The notes under the pieces: model-generated
Databases searched by the model: none
What the model was told of the DNA's origin: nothing
What the model saw: the letters and a program-made list of their open reading frames with translations, nothing else
Assembly (NCBI RefSeq): GCF_001194135.2
Contig: NC_068988.1
Coordinates: 21,889,717-21,923,495, forward strand
Direction: 5' to 3'
DNA: 33,779 nucleotides
Source: Octopus bimaculoides
Taxonomy: Eukaryota
Part shown: piece after piece, positions 22,371 through 33,779 of the stretch
Numbering within the stretch: the stretch's first letter is position 1
Layout: each line of letters starts with the position of its first letter
Position numbers and translations under genes: made by a program

Positions 22371-22524
22371 GTGAGTTTTTTCTTTTTTAATACACAACAC
22401 ACGGTTGTATAATGCATTGTATACTTTCACTTTCACTTTCCATTTATTTAATTGTATTTCTATGTGTGTTCATGTTGTCGTTGCTTTCTCTTAAAGCTAT
22501 TTAGCATATATCCTGTTTTGTTAG

Positions 22525-22583
22525 CAAAGGACAGCAAATATTCGAAGGTTGACGATGTGCCAGACGATTCCAATGATACTTAA
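22525..22583 (+). other. Candidate terminal coding exon (unverified)
   Basis: CCTGTTTTGTTAG acceptor; phase-1 continuation gives (S)KDSKYSKVDDVPDDSNDT* across a 154-nt intron. Competing upstream AGs exist. Confidence 0.25.
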
Positions 22584-22682
22584 TCATTTTTGAATGGAAT
22601 TATTTGTCACTAGTAATCAATTTGAAGTTTTCAAAGAACTCTTATTTAAAGGCTAGTAATCTAAGGATGACATATGTATGCA

Positions 22683-22727
<45 letters not shown>

Positions 22728-23684
22728 NNNNNNNNNNNNNNNNNNNNNNNNNNNNNNNNNNNNNNNNNNNNNNNNNNNNNNNNNNNNNNNNNNNNNNNNN
22801 NNNNNNNNNNNNNNNNNNNNNNNNNNNNNNNNNNNNNNNNNNNNNNNNNNNNNNNNNNNNNNNNNNNNNNNNNNNNNNNNNNNNNNNNNNNNNNNNNNNN
22901 NNNNNNNNNNNNNNNNNNNNNNNNNNNNNNNNNNNNNNNNNNNNNNNNNNNNNNNNNNNNNNNNNNNNNNNNNNNNNNNNNNNNNNNNNNNNNNNNNNNN
23001 NNNNNNNNNNNNNNNNNNNNNNNNNNNNNNNNNNNNNNNNNNNNNNNNNNNNNNNNNNNNNNNNNNNNNNNNNNNNNNNNNNNNNNNNNNNNNNNNNNNN
23101 NNNNNNNNNNNNNNNNNNNNNNNNNNNNNNNNNNNNNNNNNNNNNNNNNNNNNNNNNNNNNNNNNNNNNNNNNNNNNNNNNNNNNNNNNNNNNNNNNNNN
23201 NNNNNNNNNNNNNNNNNNNNNNNNNNNNNNNNNNNNNNNNNNNNNNNNNNNNNNNNNNNNNNNNNNNNNNNNNNNNNNNNNNNNNNNNNNNNNNNNNNNN
23301 NNNNNNNNNNNNNNNNNNNNNNNNNNNNNNNNNNNNNNNNNNNNNNNNNNNNNNNNNNNNNNNNNNNNNNNNNNNNNNNNNNNNNNNNNNNNNNNNNNNN
23401 NNNNNNNNNNNNNNNNNNNNNNNNNNNNNNNNNNNNNNNNNNNNNNNNNNNNNNNNNNNNNNNNNNNNNNNNNNNNNNNNNNNNNNNNNNNNNNNNNNNN
23501 NNNNNNNNNNNNNNNNNNNNNNNNNNNNNNNNNNNNNNNNNNNNNNNNNNNNNNNNNNNNNNNNNNNNNNNNNNNNNNNNNNNNNNNNNNNNNNNNNNNN
23601 NNNNNNNNNNNNNNNNNNNNNNNNNNNNNNNNNNNNNNNNNNNNNNNNNNNNNNNNNNNNNNNNNNNNNNNNNNNNNNNNNNNN

Positions 23685-23737
<53 letters not shown>

Positions 23738-23849
23738 CGTATGGATGTGTATGAGTGTGTATGGAACAATCAAAATATTGTTGCTTTATCTTTGTATATC
23801 TCAGTACGATATGCCTCCGCTTGTTTGATACATTTTGAATCAGTCTCCT

Positions 23850-24230
23850 ATTGGAAATTACTAGCTCTGTCTTGCAATATGTGCATGTTAAAGGCAAATA
23901 ATAATAAAGTTGACTCAGAACACAATAGGAATAAGATATTCACAGTGCTTTGGATTGAAGGACTGTACAGAATCTATGGATTTCGAAAACTTATCGAAGC
24001 TGGTGAAACTGATTCCGGCAATGTACCGCTTAAATGGATTGGAGTGAACGACGTAATGGTGAACTGAGAAAGTATAAATTCAACTGAGTCGAACATGTAG
24101 CAAGTTTCAAAGACAACATTGAAACACGTGCAGTGGTTGAGGGGTATAAAGGTATTGAAAGGGACTAATTGAAAGATTTCCAAGAGATGACCATCCAACA
24201 TAGCCAATGGAAGATATGGGTGCCAATAAA
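23850..24230 (+). pseudogene. Decayed RTE-clade LINE ORF C-terminal fragment
   Basis: 24076 onward reads KFN*VEHVASFKDNIETRAVVEGY, matching RTE KWNWAGHVARxxDNRWTxxVxEW. Boundaries approximate. Confidence 0.5.
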
Positions 24231-24315
24231 GGTAGAATGGAAGCTCAATGTGATTAGCGATGTCTAGACTCTTCCACTAAGCGAAGAAAATAAGAAAAAA
24301 CCGTCACAAATTATA

Positions 24316-24510
24316 CATCGCTTGAAAGACAGGTGCTTGTTTGTTTACGTTCTGTAATTTAGTGGTTCGGCAAAAGAAACCGGTAGAATAAGTACGACGA
24401 TTAACAAAGTAAGGCCTGGGATCGATTTGCTTGACTAATACTTCAAAGTAGTGCCACGGCATGGGCGCAGTTCTATAGATGAAACAGGTAAACGATAAAA
24501 AAGAAAAGAT
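24316..24510 (+). mobile_element. tRNA-derived SINE 3' half, diverged
   Basis: Aligns to 9165-9349 (GGTTCGGCAAAAGAAACCGGTAGAATAAGTAC...). Confidence 0.75.
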
Positions 24511-24559
24511 CCGACATATTCGAAGTAATAATAAGAAATGTAAAATATATGCGACAAGG

Positions 24560-25150
24560 TGAATTGGTTATACACATTAATTACTCAGTGGCAAAAGGCC
24601 ACGAAATGAAAAAAATCGACGAATAACTGTAAAAAGTCTCCGGTTCAGGTATATAGTTTAAGGTCGATTAGTTCTAAAACAGAATATTCTTATTTAGGCA
24701 TGATGAGCATTTCATGAAATAGGACGCATATTTGTATATGTTTGTTCTAAGATCTACCGATGAATTTTGAAAGGGGATTCTTTCAATTGCCGTTCTTATT
24801 TGGAGAGACGTGTTGAGGATCTGTTTACTGTGTATTTAAAGGAATTTTTGCGCGGGTAAAAACTCATCTGGAATTAGGGACTCTGTTGTAAGTTTCAAAT
24901 ATAATCTATATAATCGACTTGAACATTAGTTTAATATAGTACGTCTTTGATCAAACAGTTACCATAAAAGTGGCAGATAATAGGATCTTTACAATTGCAC
25001 CAAAGACTGTCCTCATACCTTTTAGATTCAAGAAGTTTACTCAGATTATGTTGGTTAAGCCCATGGTATATTTGTTAAAGAAAGAATATACAACTTTCAA
25101 GTCTCTTCTGCCGACTATTCTCTAATAATTATGCTCCATGGAGGAATAAT
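24560..25150 (-). pseudogene. Second Penelope-like fragment: Cys linker plus GIY-YIG endonuclease
   Basis: One minus frame reads WCNCKDPIICHFYGNCLIKDVLY*TNVQVDYIDYI*...FQMSFYPRKNSFKY...STRLSK*ERQLKE...ILEQ...YLNRR, matching the PLE consensus CNCRxxxxCPLxGNCLxxxVIY...YIG...FKxRxYNHxxSF...STxLSK. Many stops. Confidence 0.8.
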
Positions 25151-25638
25151 GCCTTGAAACTAAGTTTAAGAACTGTGTAGGTGCTGGTGGTTATTCTTAA
25201 ATCAAACACCTTGTTAGAATGCTTGCTACGGCGTGGAATTTGTTAAAAGCACCCAAGTTGCCAGATGGTGTTAAACGGGGTAATGGGTTAAGATTATGAC
25301 GTGTCTGCGTGCATTCACACACATATGCACACTCATATGCACTGACACACACACACACAAACACACACACACGCACACACAAACACACACACACACACAT
25401 ACACACACACACATGCACACACACACACACACACACAGACATATAAACTTACACACACGCATAGATTAACCACATAACAGAAGCGATGTAATAGATATTT
25501 CATTTGTTTCGTAATATGTATTAGTTATCATTCTCCACGTCACATACATACACACACTATTAAATAAAATTACGCCGTAACATATTTAACAGGCGACACA
25601 TCAAAACGTTTCACGGCAAGTCAAACAATAATCTCTGC

Positions 25639-25688
<50 letters not shown>

Positions 25689-25689
25689 A

Positions 25690-25731
<42 letters not shown>

Positions 25732-25793
25732 AATCATATTTACCCATATTATACATACATAGATCTATACACACACATACGCAAGTACTCAGC

Positions 25794-25826
<33 letters not shown>

Positions 25827-25896
25827 ATGTAATATGTGTTTGTGTCTAAGTATGTATATTGCCACGAATGAATCTGAGAAAGGGAAAGAGAACAAG

Positions 25897-25939
<43 letters not shown>

Positions 25940-27060
25940 CAGAGACAGAGAGAATGTATGGGGAGGGGTGGTGAGAACTTATCGGTGGCTGCAATATTTC
26001 TGCAAATGCATCTCCATAAACAACCTACGTGTGTACATGTTGCTGGGATATGTTTGATTGAAAAGCTATTTGCGTGGAAAATAGATTTTCCACCATGTTT
26101 TATATATNNNNNNNNNNNNNNNNNNNNNNNNNNNNNNNNNNNNNNNNNNNNNNNNNNNNNNNNNNNNNNNNNNNNNNNNNNNNNNNNNNNNNNNNNNNNN
26201 NNNNNNNNNNNNNNNNNNNNNNNNNNNNNNNNNNNNNNNNNNNNNNNNNNNNNNNNNNNNNNNNNNNNNNNNNNNNNNNNNNNNNNNNNNNNNNNNNNNN
26301 NNNNNNNNNNNNNNNNNNNNNNNNNNNNNNNNNNNNNNNNNNNNNNNNNNNNNNNNNNNNNNNNNNNNNNNNNNNNNNNNNNNNNNNNNNNNNNNNNNNN
26401 NNNNNNNNNNNNNNNNNNNNNNNNNNNNNNNNNNNNNNNNNNNNNNNNNNNNNNNNNNNNNNNNNNNNNNNNNNNNNNNNNNNNNNNNNNNNNNNNNNNN
26501 NNNNNNNNNNNNNNNNNNNNNNNNNNNNNNNNNNNNNNNNNNNNNNNNNNNNNNNNNNNNNNNNNNNNNNNNNNNNNNNNNNNNNNNNNNNNNNNNNNNN
26601 NNNNNNNNNNNNNNNNNNNNNNNNNNNNNNNNNNNNNNNNNNNNNNNNNNNNNNNNNNNNNNNNNNNNNNNNNNNNNNNNNNNNNNNNNNNNNNNNNNNN
26701 NNNNNNNNNNNNNNNNNNNNNNNNNNNNNNNNNNNNNNNNNNNNNNNNNNNNNNNNNNNNNNNNNNNNNNNNNNNNNNNNNNNNNNNNNNNNNNNNNNNN
26801 NNNNNNNNNNNNNNNNNNNNNNNNNNNNNNNNNNNNNNNNNNNNNNNNNNNNNNNNNNNNNNNNNNNNNNNNNNNNNNNNNTTAAAATAAAACGTCTTTA
26901 CACAGTAAAAATATTTATATTTTACTTCAGTTTTAATGTAAAGGAAAAAATACCTACGAATAAAAAATTACATTTTTGTATTCTACATAGAAACCGTATT
27001 TCTTTTGTCTTTTACTTTGCTGGCTTGACAAAGCATCAAAAACATTCTCGCCACAGTCAC

Positions 27061-27061
<1 letters not shown>

Positions 27062-27154
<93 letters not shown>

Positions 27155-27173
27155 GTTATTATTATTATAATTA

Positions 27174-27216
<43 letters not shown>

Positions 27217-27254
27217 GATTACTATTACTATTACTACTACTATCATTATTATTA

Positions 27255-27304
<50 letters not shown>

Positions 27305-27323
27305 GCTGTTGTTGTTGTTGTTG
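27062..27323. repeat. Compound (TAT)/(TAC)/(TGT)n trinucleotide array
   Basis: Direct reading. Confidence 0.95.
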
Positions 27324-28182
27324 CGCTTACAGTTGATTTTGTTTCTGTTGTTTGTTGTATCGTTATATTATGTAGTTTGAAACATTGTTCAATTCTTGTT
27401 CATATACATCACACCAACAGATATGCAAAACACAAAAATCCCCAATAAAACAACAACATACATTAATTTTATTCTGCATAAAATAAGGAGTATGTGTGTG
27501 TATGTGTCTCTACACATACATACATACATACATACATACATACATACATACATACNNNNNNNNNNNNNNNNNNNNNNNNNNNNNNNNNNNNNNNNNNNNN
27601 NNNNNNNNNNNNNNNNNNNNNNNNNNNNNNNNNNNNNNNNNNNNNNNNNNNNNNNCACGTTATAAAAATAAAACTACTGAATAATAATAATAATAATAAT
27701 AATGGGTGACTCTGTCACAGCTGGAATACATTTGTTCGTAGTTCTGTCCCATAGGATTTGTCCTGAGTTCGGCAACGGCAACGATGGTGGTTAAACCACG
27801 ACCCCTACAAATAACAAGAGTAAGAACAGCTACAACAATAACAACAGCAGTAACAAGACAACAACAGTAGCAACAACAGCAACAAGAACAATGATAGCAG
27901 AAAGAACACTACTCTAGTTGTTCCTGCTTAAAACTAGCGTTTGATATCATTGATATCCCATAGACACTCTCAAGGATAGAGGTATGTTAGCAAAAGATAC
28001 ACTAATCTTGAATATAGAAAGACGGCGAGGACACGGATGGGATACTTTTCTGATATGTCAGCTGGATAAGAGTTGATGTCGACTTTTACTTAATTCATTT
28101 GTTAAGGATTAAAATTTAGGTCAGCTAAAACATCACACAGTGGCATAACAGTAAATTAATACTAATTGCTGCATTACAACAT

Positions 28183-28312
28183 GAGCATGGCTCAGTGGTT
28201 AGAGCGTCGGGCTAACAATGGTGAGGTTGAGCGTTCGATTTCAGTATCAGGTTGTTTGATGTGTATTTGAGCAACACAGTTTATTTCACGTGCTCCAGTT
28301 CATTCAGCTGAA
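28183..28312 (+). mobile_element. tRNA-derived SINE 5' part, different family
   Basis: A box TGGCTCAGTGG (28188) and B box GTTCGATTTC (28233), followed by TTGAGCAACACAGTTTATTTCACG body. Confidence 0.7.
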
Positions 28313-29560
28313 GATATTCAATCTACTTCCTTAAGAAGGTCACTCACACACCCTTCAACGTATCTAGGGTTGATGAAGATCTTTAGCTGCTTATCTAACA
28401 GAAAATAACTCCACACAAATCTTACATCCTGATTACTGCACTTGTGGCACTTGCTGCGCCAAACTAATATAAGTTTGAATGACAAGAGAGTGAGAGTGGA
28501 TCTACATAAACCTTTGCTGCCTTTTGGGAAATTTATTGAGCGTTTAAAACAGCCTAAAGGAATAAACCTTTGTAGAAAATCCGAAAGGTGATACCCCAAA
28601 GAAGATGTGTATGTTTATACTTAACCAATATCTGGCATCTCCTGCAGCTCCATGGATGCTGCAAGCGTTTTGGCTTGCTTTCTTACGTGGCATATCCATG
28701 ACTGGTGGGGTGGCAGGGATACTTGGGGCTCAAAACTTTTGGAAATAACCCAAGAACAGCTGAGATAGTTAAGTTACTGTGTCTGCAATATTATCGACCA
28801 CGGCGAGAAAGGCCAACTATATTCAATCTATAATAATTACGTGCTATTTAATTCTATAGAAAACCCTTTATTATGAATATCGTACTGATTCTATTAGGTT
28901 CTTTCGAATGTTAAATCCAACACTAACGAATACAAGCATATGAATCTTGTGTAAACATTGTAGTGAATATGGGACAACAGTTAAAGCACTATTGACGTTT
29001 TCTTTAGCATTCGTAATAAGGAGCCCTTGTAACTAAGTTTAAAATCTTAATTAATTAAACTGCGTAAGCTGATTGCCGAATTTAAATTTGCAGAATCTGC
29101 TGAGAATCGAACGGTGAATTCTGTCATGTTTTATTACTTCATTTTAAAATTTCAAAGTCCACAGAGGGTCACTTTACGTGACATCTGATCTCCATCAAAT
29201 CGGCACTAATCAATCATGTACTTCAGGTGGATATAATCAACTATAATCCTCCCCATCATTCTCACCATCAAGGAAATATGATGGATTGGGAGAGGTTGAT
29301 TCAGAGAATCGTTGGAACTTCGTTCTCTTTATGATCTGAGTTCAATTTCCCTGAGTTAACTTCGCTTTCTCTGACTGCAAAGCAATAAAGTGCCAGAAAA
29401 TACTTAGGCCGATATAATCTTGCGTTCTTCACAAATTCCAATCTTTGTGCCTATACAAGAAATTGTTATCACTCCTTGACATTAGGGCGAAGGAATGACA
29501 GAATCGAATCATTGAGGGTGACTGACACCAAAATTGCCGTATTTAATACCAGTTCTTCAT

Positions 29561-29719
29561 TTTTATCTTTTATCTACTACTTGTTACAGACTGCGGCGAT
29601 GCTAGGGCACAACCTTGACGAAATCTTAGTAGAATGAATCGACCCAATAGCTTTTTTTAAAGCCTGGTACTCATTTTATCGGTCTCTTTTGTCGACTGTC
29701 AAGCGGCGGTGGGGGGAAA

Positions 29720-29753
<34 letters not shown>

Positions 29754-30588
29754 NNNNNNNNNNNNNNNNNNNNNNNNNNNNNNNNNNNNNNNNNNNNNNN
29801 NNNNNNNNNNNNNNNNNNNNNNNNNNNNNNNNNNNNNNNNNNNNNNNNNNNNNNNNNNNNNNNNNNNNNNNNNNNNNNNNNNNNNNNNNNNNNNNNNNNN
29901 NNNNNNNNNNNNNNNNNNNNNNNNNNNNNNNNNNNNNNNNNNNNNNNNNNNNNNNNNNNNNNNNNNNNNNNNNNNNNNNNNNNNNNNNNNNNNNNNNNNN
30001 NNNNNNNNNNNNNNNNNNNNNNNNNNNNNNNNNNNNNNNNNNNNNNNNNNNNNNNNNNNNNNNNNNNNNNNNNNNNNNNNNNNNNNNNNNNNNNNNNNNN
30101 NNNNNNNNNNNNNNNNNNNNNNNNNNNNNNNNNNNNNNNNNNNNNNNNNNNNNNNNNNNNNNNNNNNNNNNNNNNNNNNNNNNNNNNNNNNNNNNNNNNN
30201 NNNNNNNNNNNNNNNNNNNNNNNNNNNNNNNNNNNNNNNNNNNNNNNNNNNNNNNNNNNNNNNNNNNNNNNNNNNNNNNNNNNNNNNNNNNNNNNNNNNN
30301 NNNNNNNNNNNNNNNNNNNNNNNNNNNNNNNNNNNNNNNNNNNNNNNNNNNNNNNNNNNNNNNNNNNNNNNNNNNNNNNNNNNNNNNNNNNNNNNNNNNN
30401 NNTATATATATATATATATATGTATATACGACGGCCTTTTTCAGTTTCCACCTACCAAATCCACTCACAATGCTTTGCTCCGCCCGAGACAATAGTTGAA
30501 GACACCTGCCCAAGGTACCACGCAATGCGGCTGAACCTGGAACTATGAGGTTGGGGTGGGGGGAAAACATCGCACCATGCCTGCATCT
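29561..30588 (-). mobile_element. tRNA-derived SINE split by an internal (TA)n and assembly gap
   Basis: 29561-29722 matches the reverse-complement 3' half and about 30425-30588 the 5' half of the 8941-9349 family, in correct order and orientation. Confidence 0.75.
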
Positions 30589-30900
30589 ATACCGAAAGAT
30601 ATCAAATCTCAATGGGTAGTTTGCCCTTCAACATTTCGGGTTTCATAAAACAGTTACCAATCAAGTTCTCTAAGCCTAGTTATATCAACTATACTCTCCA
30701 TCCTTCACTACCTTCACTATATTCGGGTTTGTTTCTTTCATACAAATCTTCATTATCACTCAGAATAGGTAGGTGTTGGTAAAAATCTGACTACCGAGTA
30801 TTTTGCGAAAGATAAACAAGCTAGTCTCTCTAAAATACGTGCAGAGTAGCATGTTTGAATAGATTTATTATTTTTATAATGAAATAGGTTCAAAACAAAA

Positions 30901-30905
30901 CAATG

Positions 30906-30959
<54 letters not shown>

Positions 30960-31065
30960 GCAACAACAACAATAATGATGATGGTAATAATAATAATGAT
31001 GATAGTAATGATAATAATAATAATAATAATAATGATAATAATAATAAAAAAAAAAAATAATAATA
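30901..31065. repeat. (AAT)n-dominated trinucleotide array
   Basis: Direct reading. Confidence 0.95.
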
Positions 31066-31814
31066 AAGTCAACAAAGATTAAAAATAGTGTATAAATATA
31101 CATCATCCTGCCAATAAAGGAAACGTTATAGCTTTTCCGACATTTTCAATATCTCAGAATGTATTTAATCCGTTGAGAACAAACCGTGTATCTGACAAAT
31201 AGAACAAAACCAAGCTGAAACGGTAGTAAGGTCAAAAGGGTATCACAAATGTATGAAGATTTAGGAAATTGAAAAAAAAAAAAAATAATAGATAATAAAT
31301 AAATAATAATAAATGGATAAGAAAAAAAATAGAAAAAAGAAAAACAAAAGAGAGAAATATATCGTTGAAATATGGTTATATTTCTAACAATGTCCTGAAA
31401 TTGACTGATGTTCATGTTAATTTACAAAAAGACGTGATCTATTCTGCTTGTTATTTTAATACTTTTTCTTCTTCCTATATTTTAATATTTTTTTCCCCCT
31501 CTACACTATAGGAATATCAACCGATAGAAAGATGAATGTATAAACAGAGCGTGAATTCAGATAGAATGGTTATATATGATAAACAAATCTGAGACTTTGG
31601 TGATAGTATTTTTCTCTGCAATACAAAACTGGTGTGGCTCTTGTGTTTTTGTTTAATGATCAAGTCAGTTATGGCATATGATCAAAAGCCTGCCAGCCAT
31701 GACGATCCCATCTTATTTTCAGACGGTGTATAACTTGTACTACATAATCTAGTATCTGATATTGTTTCCTCGTTTCAGTATTGGAGTGCAGCTATGCTGA
31801 GGTTCAGGCTTGGA

Positions 31815-31932
31815 TGATTTAGTTCAATAAATAAACCCATAGTAATTGTTAACAAAAAAGTTCTGCTACTTAATTTACCAACCTCTTTCAATAAACCGCC
31901 ATGTTACGGGCACGTAAACAAACCAACCCCGT
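31815..31932 (-). mobile_element. Highly degenerate SINE 3' fragment
   Basis: AACCGCCATGTTACGGGCACGTAAACAAACCAAC resembles the family block AACCGCTAAGTTACGGGGACGTAAACACACC. Confidence 0.5.
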
Positions 31933-31959
31933 TTATAAAGAAAATGACTCACCGACTGC

Positions 31960-33050
31960 AGACTTCAGAGGATGTGTGAAATACTGAATGTACAATATAA
32001 ATGCTCTCACAAATCTGTTGGAACGCTTGGAAAAAGCTATGCATGATGAGTTCTTCGGTACCGCTGCTCTTAACAAAGAGATGGCAATTACTGATAAGAT
32101 CGATTTAGAGGAAACTGATGTAATATCAGCCATTGATGAAATGAGCTTAAAGTCAACCACAAGCCCTTATGATTTCCCAGCAATCCGCCTTCTAAAATGC
32201 AAAGGGGTTATAGTAAAACCTCTACGAATAATTATCTTCCAAAGCTTCTTCGCAACCGGGCTTTCCAGAAATTAAAGGAAGGCATAATATGTCCTTTCCA
32301 TAAAGGAGGTACCTGAGGGGGTGCTAAAAATTATAGACCTGTTTTTCTCACCTACCATGTCAGCAAAGTCATGGGACGCATTATCAGGAGGAAACTGACT
32401 GCGTTCTTTGATCATAATGACTTGCTCCCTGACATCCAACATGGCCTCCGCTCTGGAGGAAGCTGGTCAACACAGCTTTTGAAGCATTATGACTGGGCCT
32501 TGAAACAACTAATGCGTTGCTCAAATGTAGATGTGATATATTTCAATTTTTGAAAGACCTTTCATAAGATTGATCATGGGATAACATGTCACAGGCTACA
32601 GAGACTCAGCATATTAAGACAACTAGGAGTCTGGGTACATGATTTCTTAAAATCCAGAAACGTGACCGTGGCAGCCAATGGTTCCCTATCTTAAAAAGCA
32701 GAAATAAGGAGACGAGAACCTCGGAGATTTGTGTTGGAGACGCCGCTGTGTATGGTGGCTCTTTCGGACATGCCACCAGTTATACAGACAACCACATTTA
32801 CTAGCTATGCCAACGACATAAAAGTAGTACAAGAAGTCAAGGAACTTTCCGATGCTAACTTACAGAAAGACCTAGATGTCATATATAAATGAGTTGAATA
32901 AAACAACAAGCAATTTAAGGCAGGGTAATTCCAAGCCCTCTGCTATCAGCTAGCTAGTGCTCACATGACGCATAATGATACAATGATACATTGGATCAAA
33001 GGGAATGGTAATCTCTGAGTGAAATACAGTGCATGATCTGGCGAGTGATA
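31960..33050 (+). pseudogene. CR1-clade LINE reverse transcriptase fragment
   Basis: EGIICPFHKGG...AKNYRPVFLTYHVSKVMGRII...QHGLRSGGSWSTQLLKHYD...DVIYFNF*KTFHKIDHG...FTSYANDIKV (YADD remnant at 32806-32817)...LQKDLDVIYK*. Multiple stops. Confidence 0.92.
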
Positions 33051-33497
33051 TGAACAACATCCCGTTTCACACGGCAGATGTCTACATGATAGTGTAGTTC
33101 TTATCAAAGCCGTACCAACATAGCTTGATCAATTGAGTCGACGGCGTCGCCTATCTGCTACTTTAATTTCTGTAAATCCTGTGGAAGAAGGTGTATGAAT
33201 ACCTTATCTTTCAGATGTCCTCAAATGAAAAATTCGCAAGGCGTCAGGTCCGAGGACCTGAGAGGCCAGACCATTAATGACAAATGCTTCGCCCAACACG
33301 GTTAATCAAGCGTTCTTAAAGATGCTTATTGGGGTAATCGTGTACGTGTTTATGCCAATCTGGCAGTCCCCTCCACCCTGTCTTGCCACATAGTGAAGTC
33401 GGGTAACGCTTCTTCCAACGTGGACAATAGCCAAATTAAAGGCATGTCGTGGGAGGTACACCCTGTAACGGCGGACCACACGTTTTGAATTACCCTG
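33047..33497 (-). mobile_element. Internally deleted Tc1/mariner-superfamily transposon (probably DD41D/rosa-like)
   Basis: TIR start CAGGGTAATTCAAAA with TA at 33498-33499, joined directly to VTGxxxxDMxLIWLLxxLEE...WQD...W(P)LRSSDLTPCEFFI*GHLKDKVF...ELHYHVDICRV. The D2-D3 spacing reconstructs to about 41 codons after correcting indels. Confidence 0.88.
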
Positions 33498-33779
33498 TAT
33501 ATATATATAGATATATATATATATAATATTATTAGGGACAAAATCCAAAATTACAGGTAAAAAACTCAATTAAAATCAATTTATAAAAAATTAAAATTAA
33601 ATTGAGCCTTATAGATAAAGTATATATAAAATATATATAGTTTTAGGGAAAATAACCAATTTTCAAGAACTCATCGATGAAAATCCACTATCACATATAG
33701 AAAAATTAATAATTAAAAGCACAATAAATGAGTATAATATAAAGTAAAGTAAATATCATAAGATAAATATAATATAATA

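Larger units (their letters stand above)
2005..30402. other. Thirteen assembly gaps: 2005-2014, 2421-3280, 4528-4924, 6017-6164, 9913-10910, 17298-17526, 19011-19905, 20557-21265, 22095-22104, 22728-23684, 26108-26881, 27556-27655, 29754-30402
   Basis: N runs read directly; nearly all are flanked by microsatellites. Confidence 0.99.

Noticed and set aside
26074-26093. Short perfect palindrome GTGGAAAAT-AG-ATTTTCCAC
   Set aside because: Isolated AT-rich 9-bp arm with no terminator or Helitron context visible before the gap.
28318-28760. 93-aa minus ORF and adjacent GC-moderate sequence
   Set aside because: No recognisable motif in the frames examined; probably an unclassified repeat remnant.
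2309-30612. Long ORFs (200-490 aa) in the track spanning N runs
   Set aside because: They are open only because N codons contain no stops; flanks translate to microsatellite dipeptides (YI, HT, RE).
30680-30770. Acidic minus-strand peptide SDNEDLYERNKPEYSEGSEGWRV*
   Set aside because: Short, weak acceptor and no recognisable family.
16921-31065. CRISPR-like or array-type systems among the repeats
   Set aside because: All tandem arrays are 2-4-nt microsatellites without unique spacers, in a clearly eukaryotic context.

Overview
Eukaryotic, AT-rich, microsatellite-dense genomic scaffold with 13 N-gaps totalling 6,736 bp (about 20%). The SINE and LINE repertoire points to a cephalopod, probably Octopus (inference from recalled repeat families, not a database search). 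No intact, recognisable host gene, rRNA, functional tRNA or CRISPR array is visible, and almost all ORF-track entries are microsatellite or gap artefacts. The window is mostly decayed mobile elements. (1) A Penelope-like element (PLE) at about 12790-15833 on the minus strand has a pseudogenised RT ORF, an upstream pseudo-LTR carrying a copy of the ORF C-terminus, and an inverted ~370-bp pLTR copy; each arm holds a type-I hammerhead ribozyme motif, and the two copies' defects complement each other. (2) A second PLE fragment carries a GIY-YIG endonuclease (about 24560-25150). (3) A tRNA-like head is joined in opposite orientation to a minimal hammerhead tail (17006-17260). (4) Three R4/Dong-like LINE 3' ends cluster in or near (TACA)n. 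(5) Also present: a ~300-bp foldback MITE, RTE and CR1 fragments, a deleted Tc1/mariner (probably DD41D) and several tRNA-derived SINEs. A chain of four small, frame-compatible plus-strand exon candidates (16837-22583) is speculative. Nothing here is a demonstrably new biological system; the hammerhead pair and the tRNA-hammerhead composite are the best leads.
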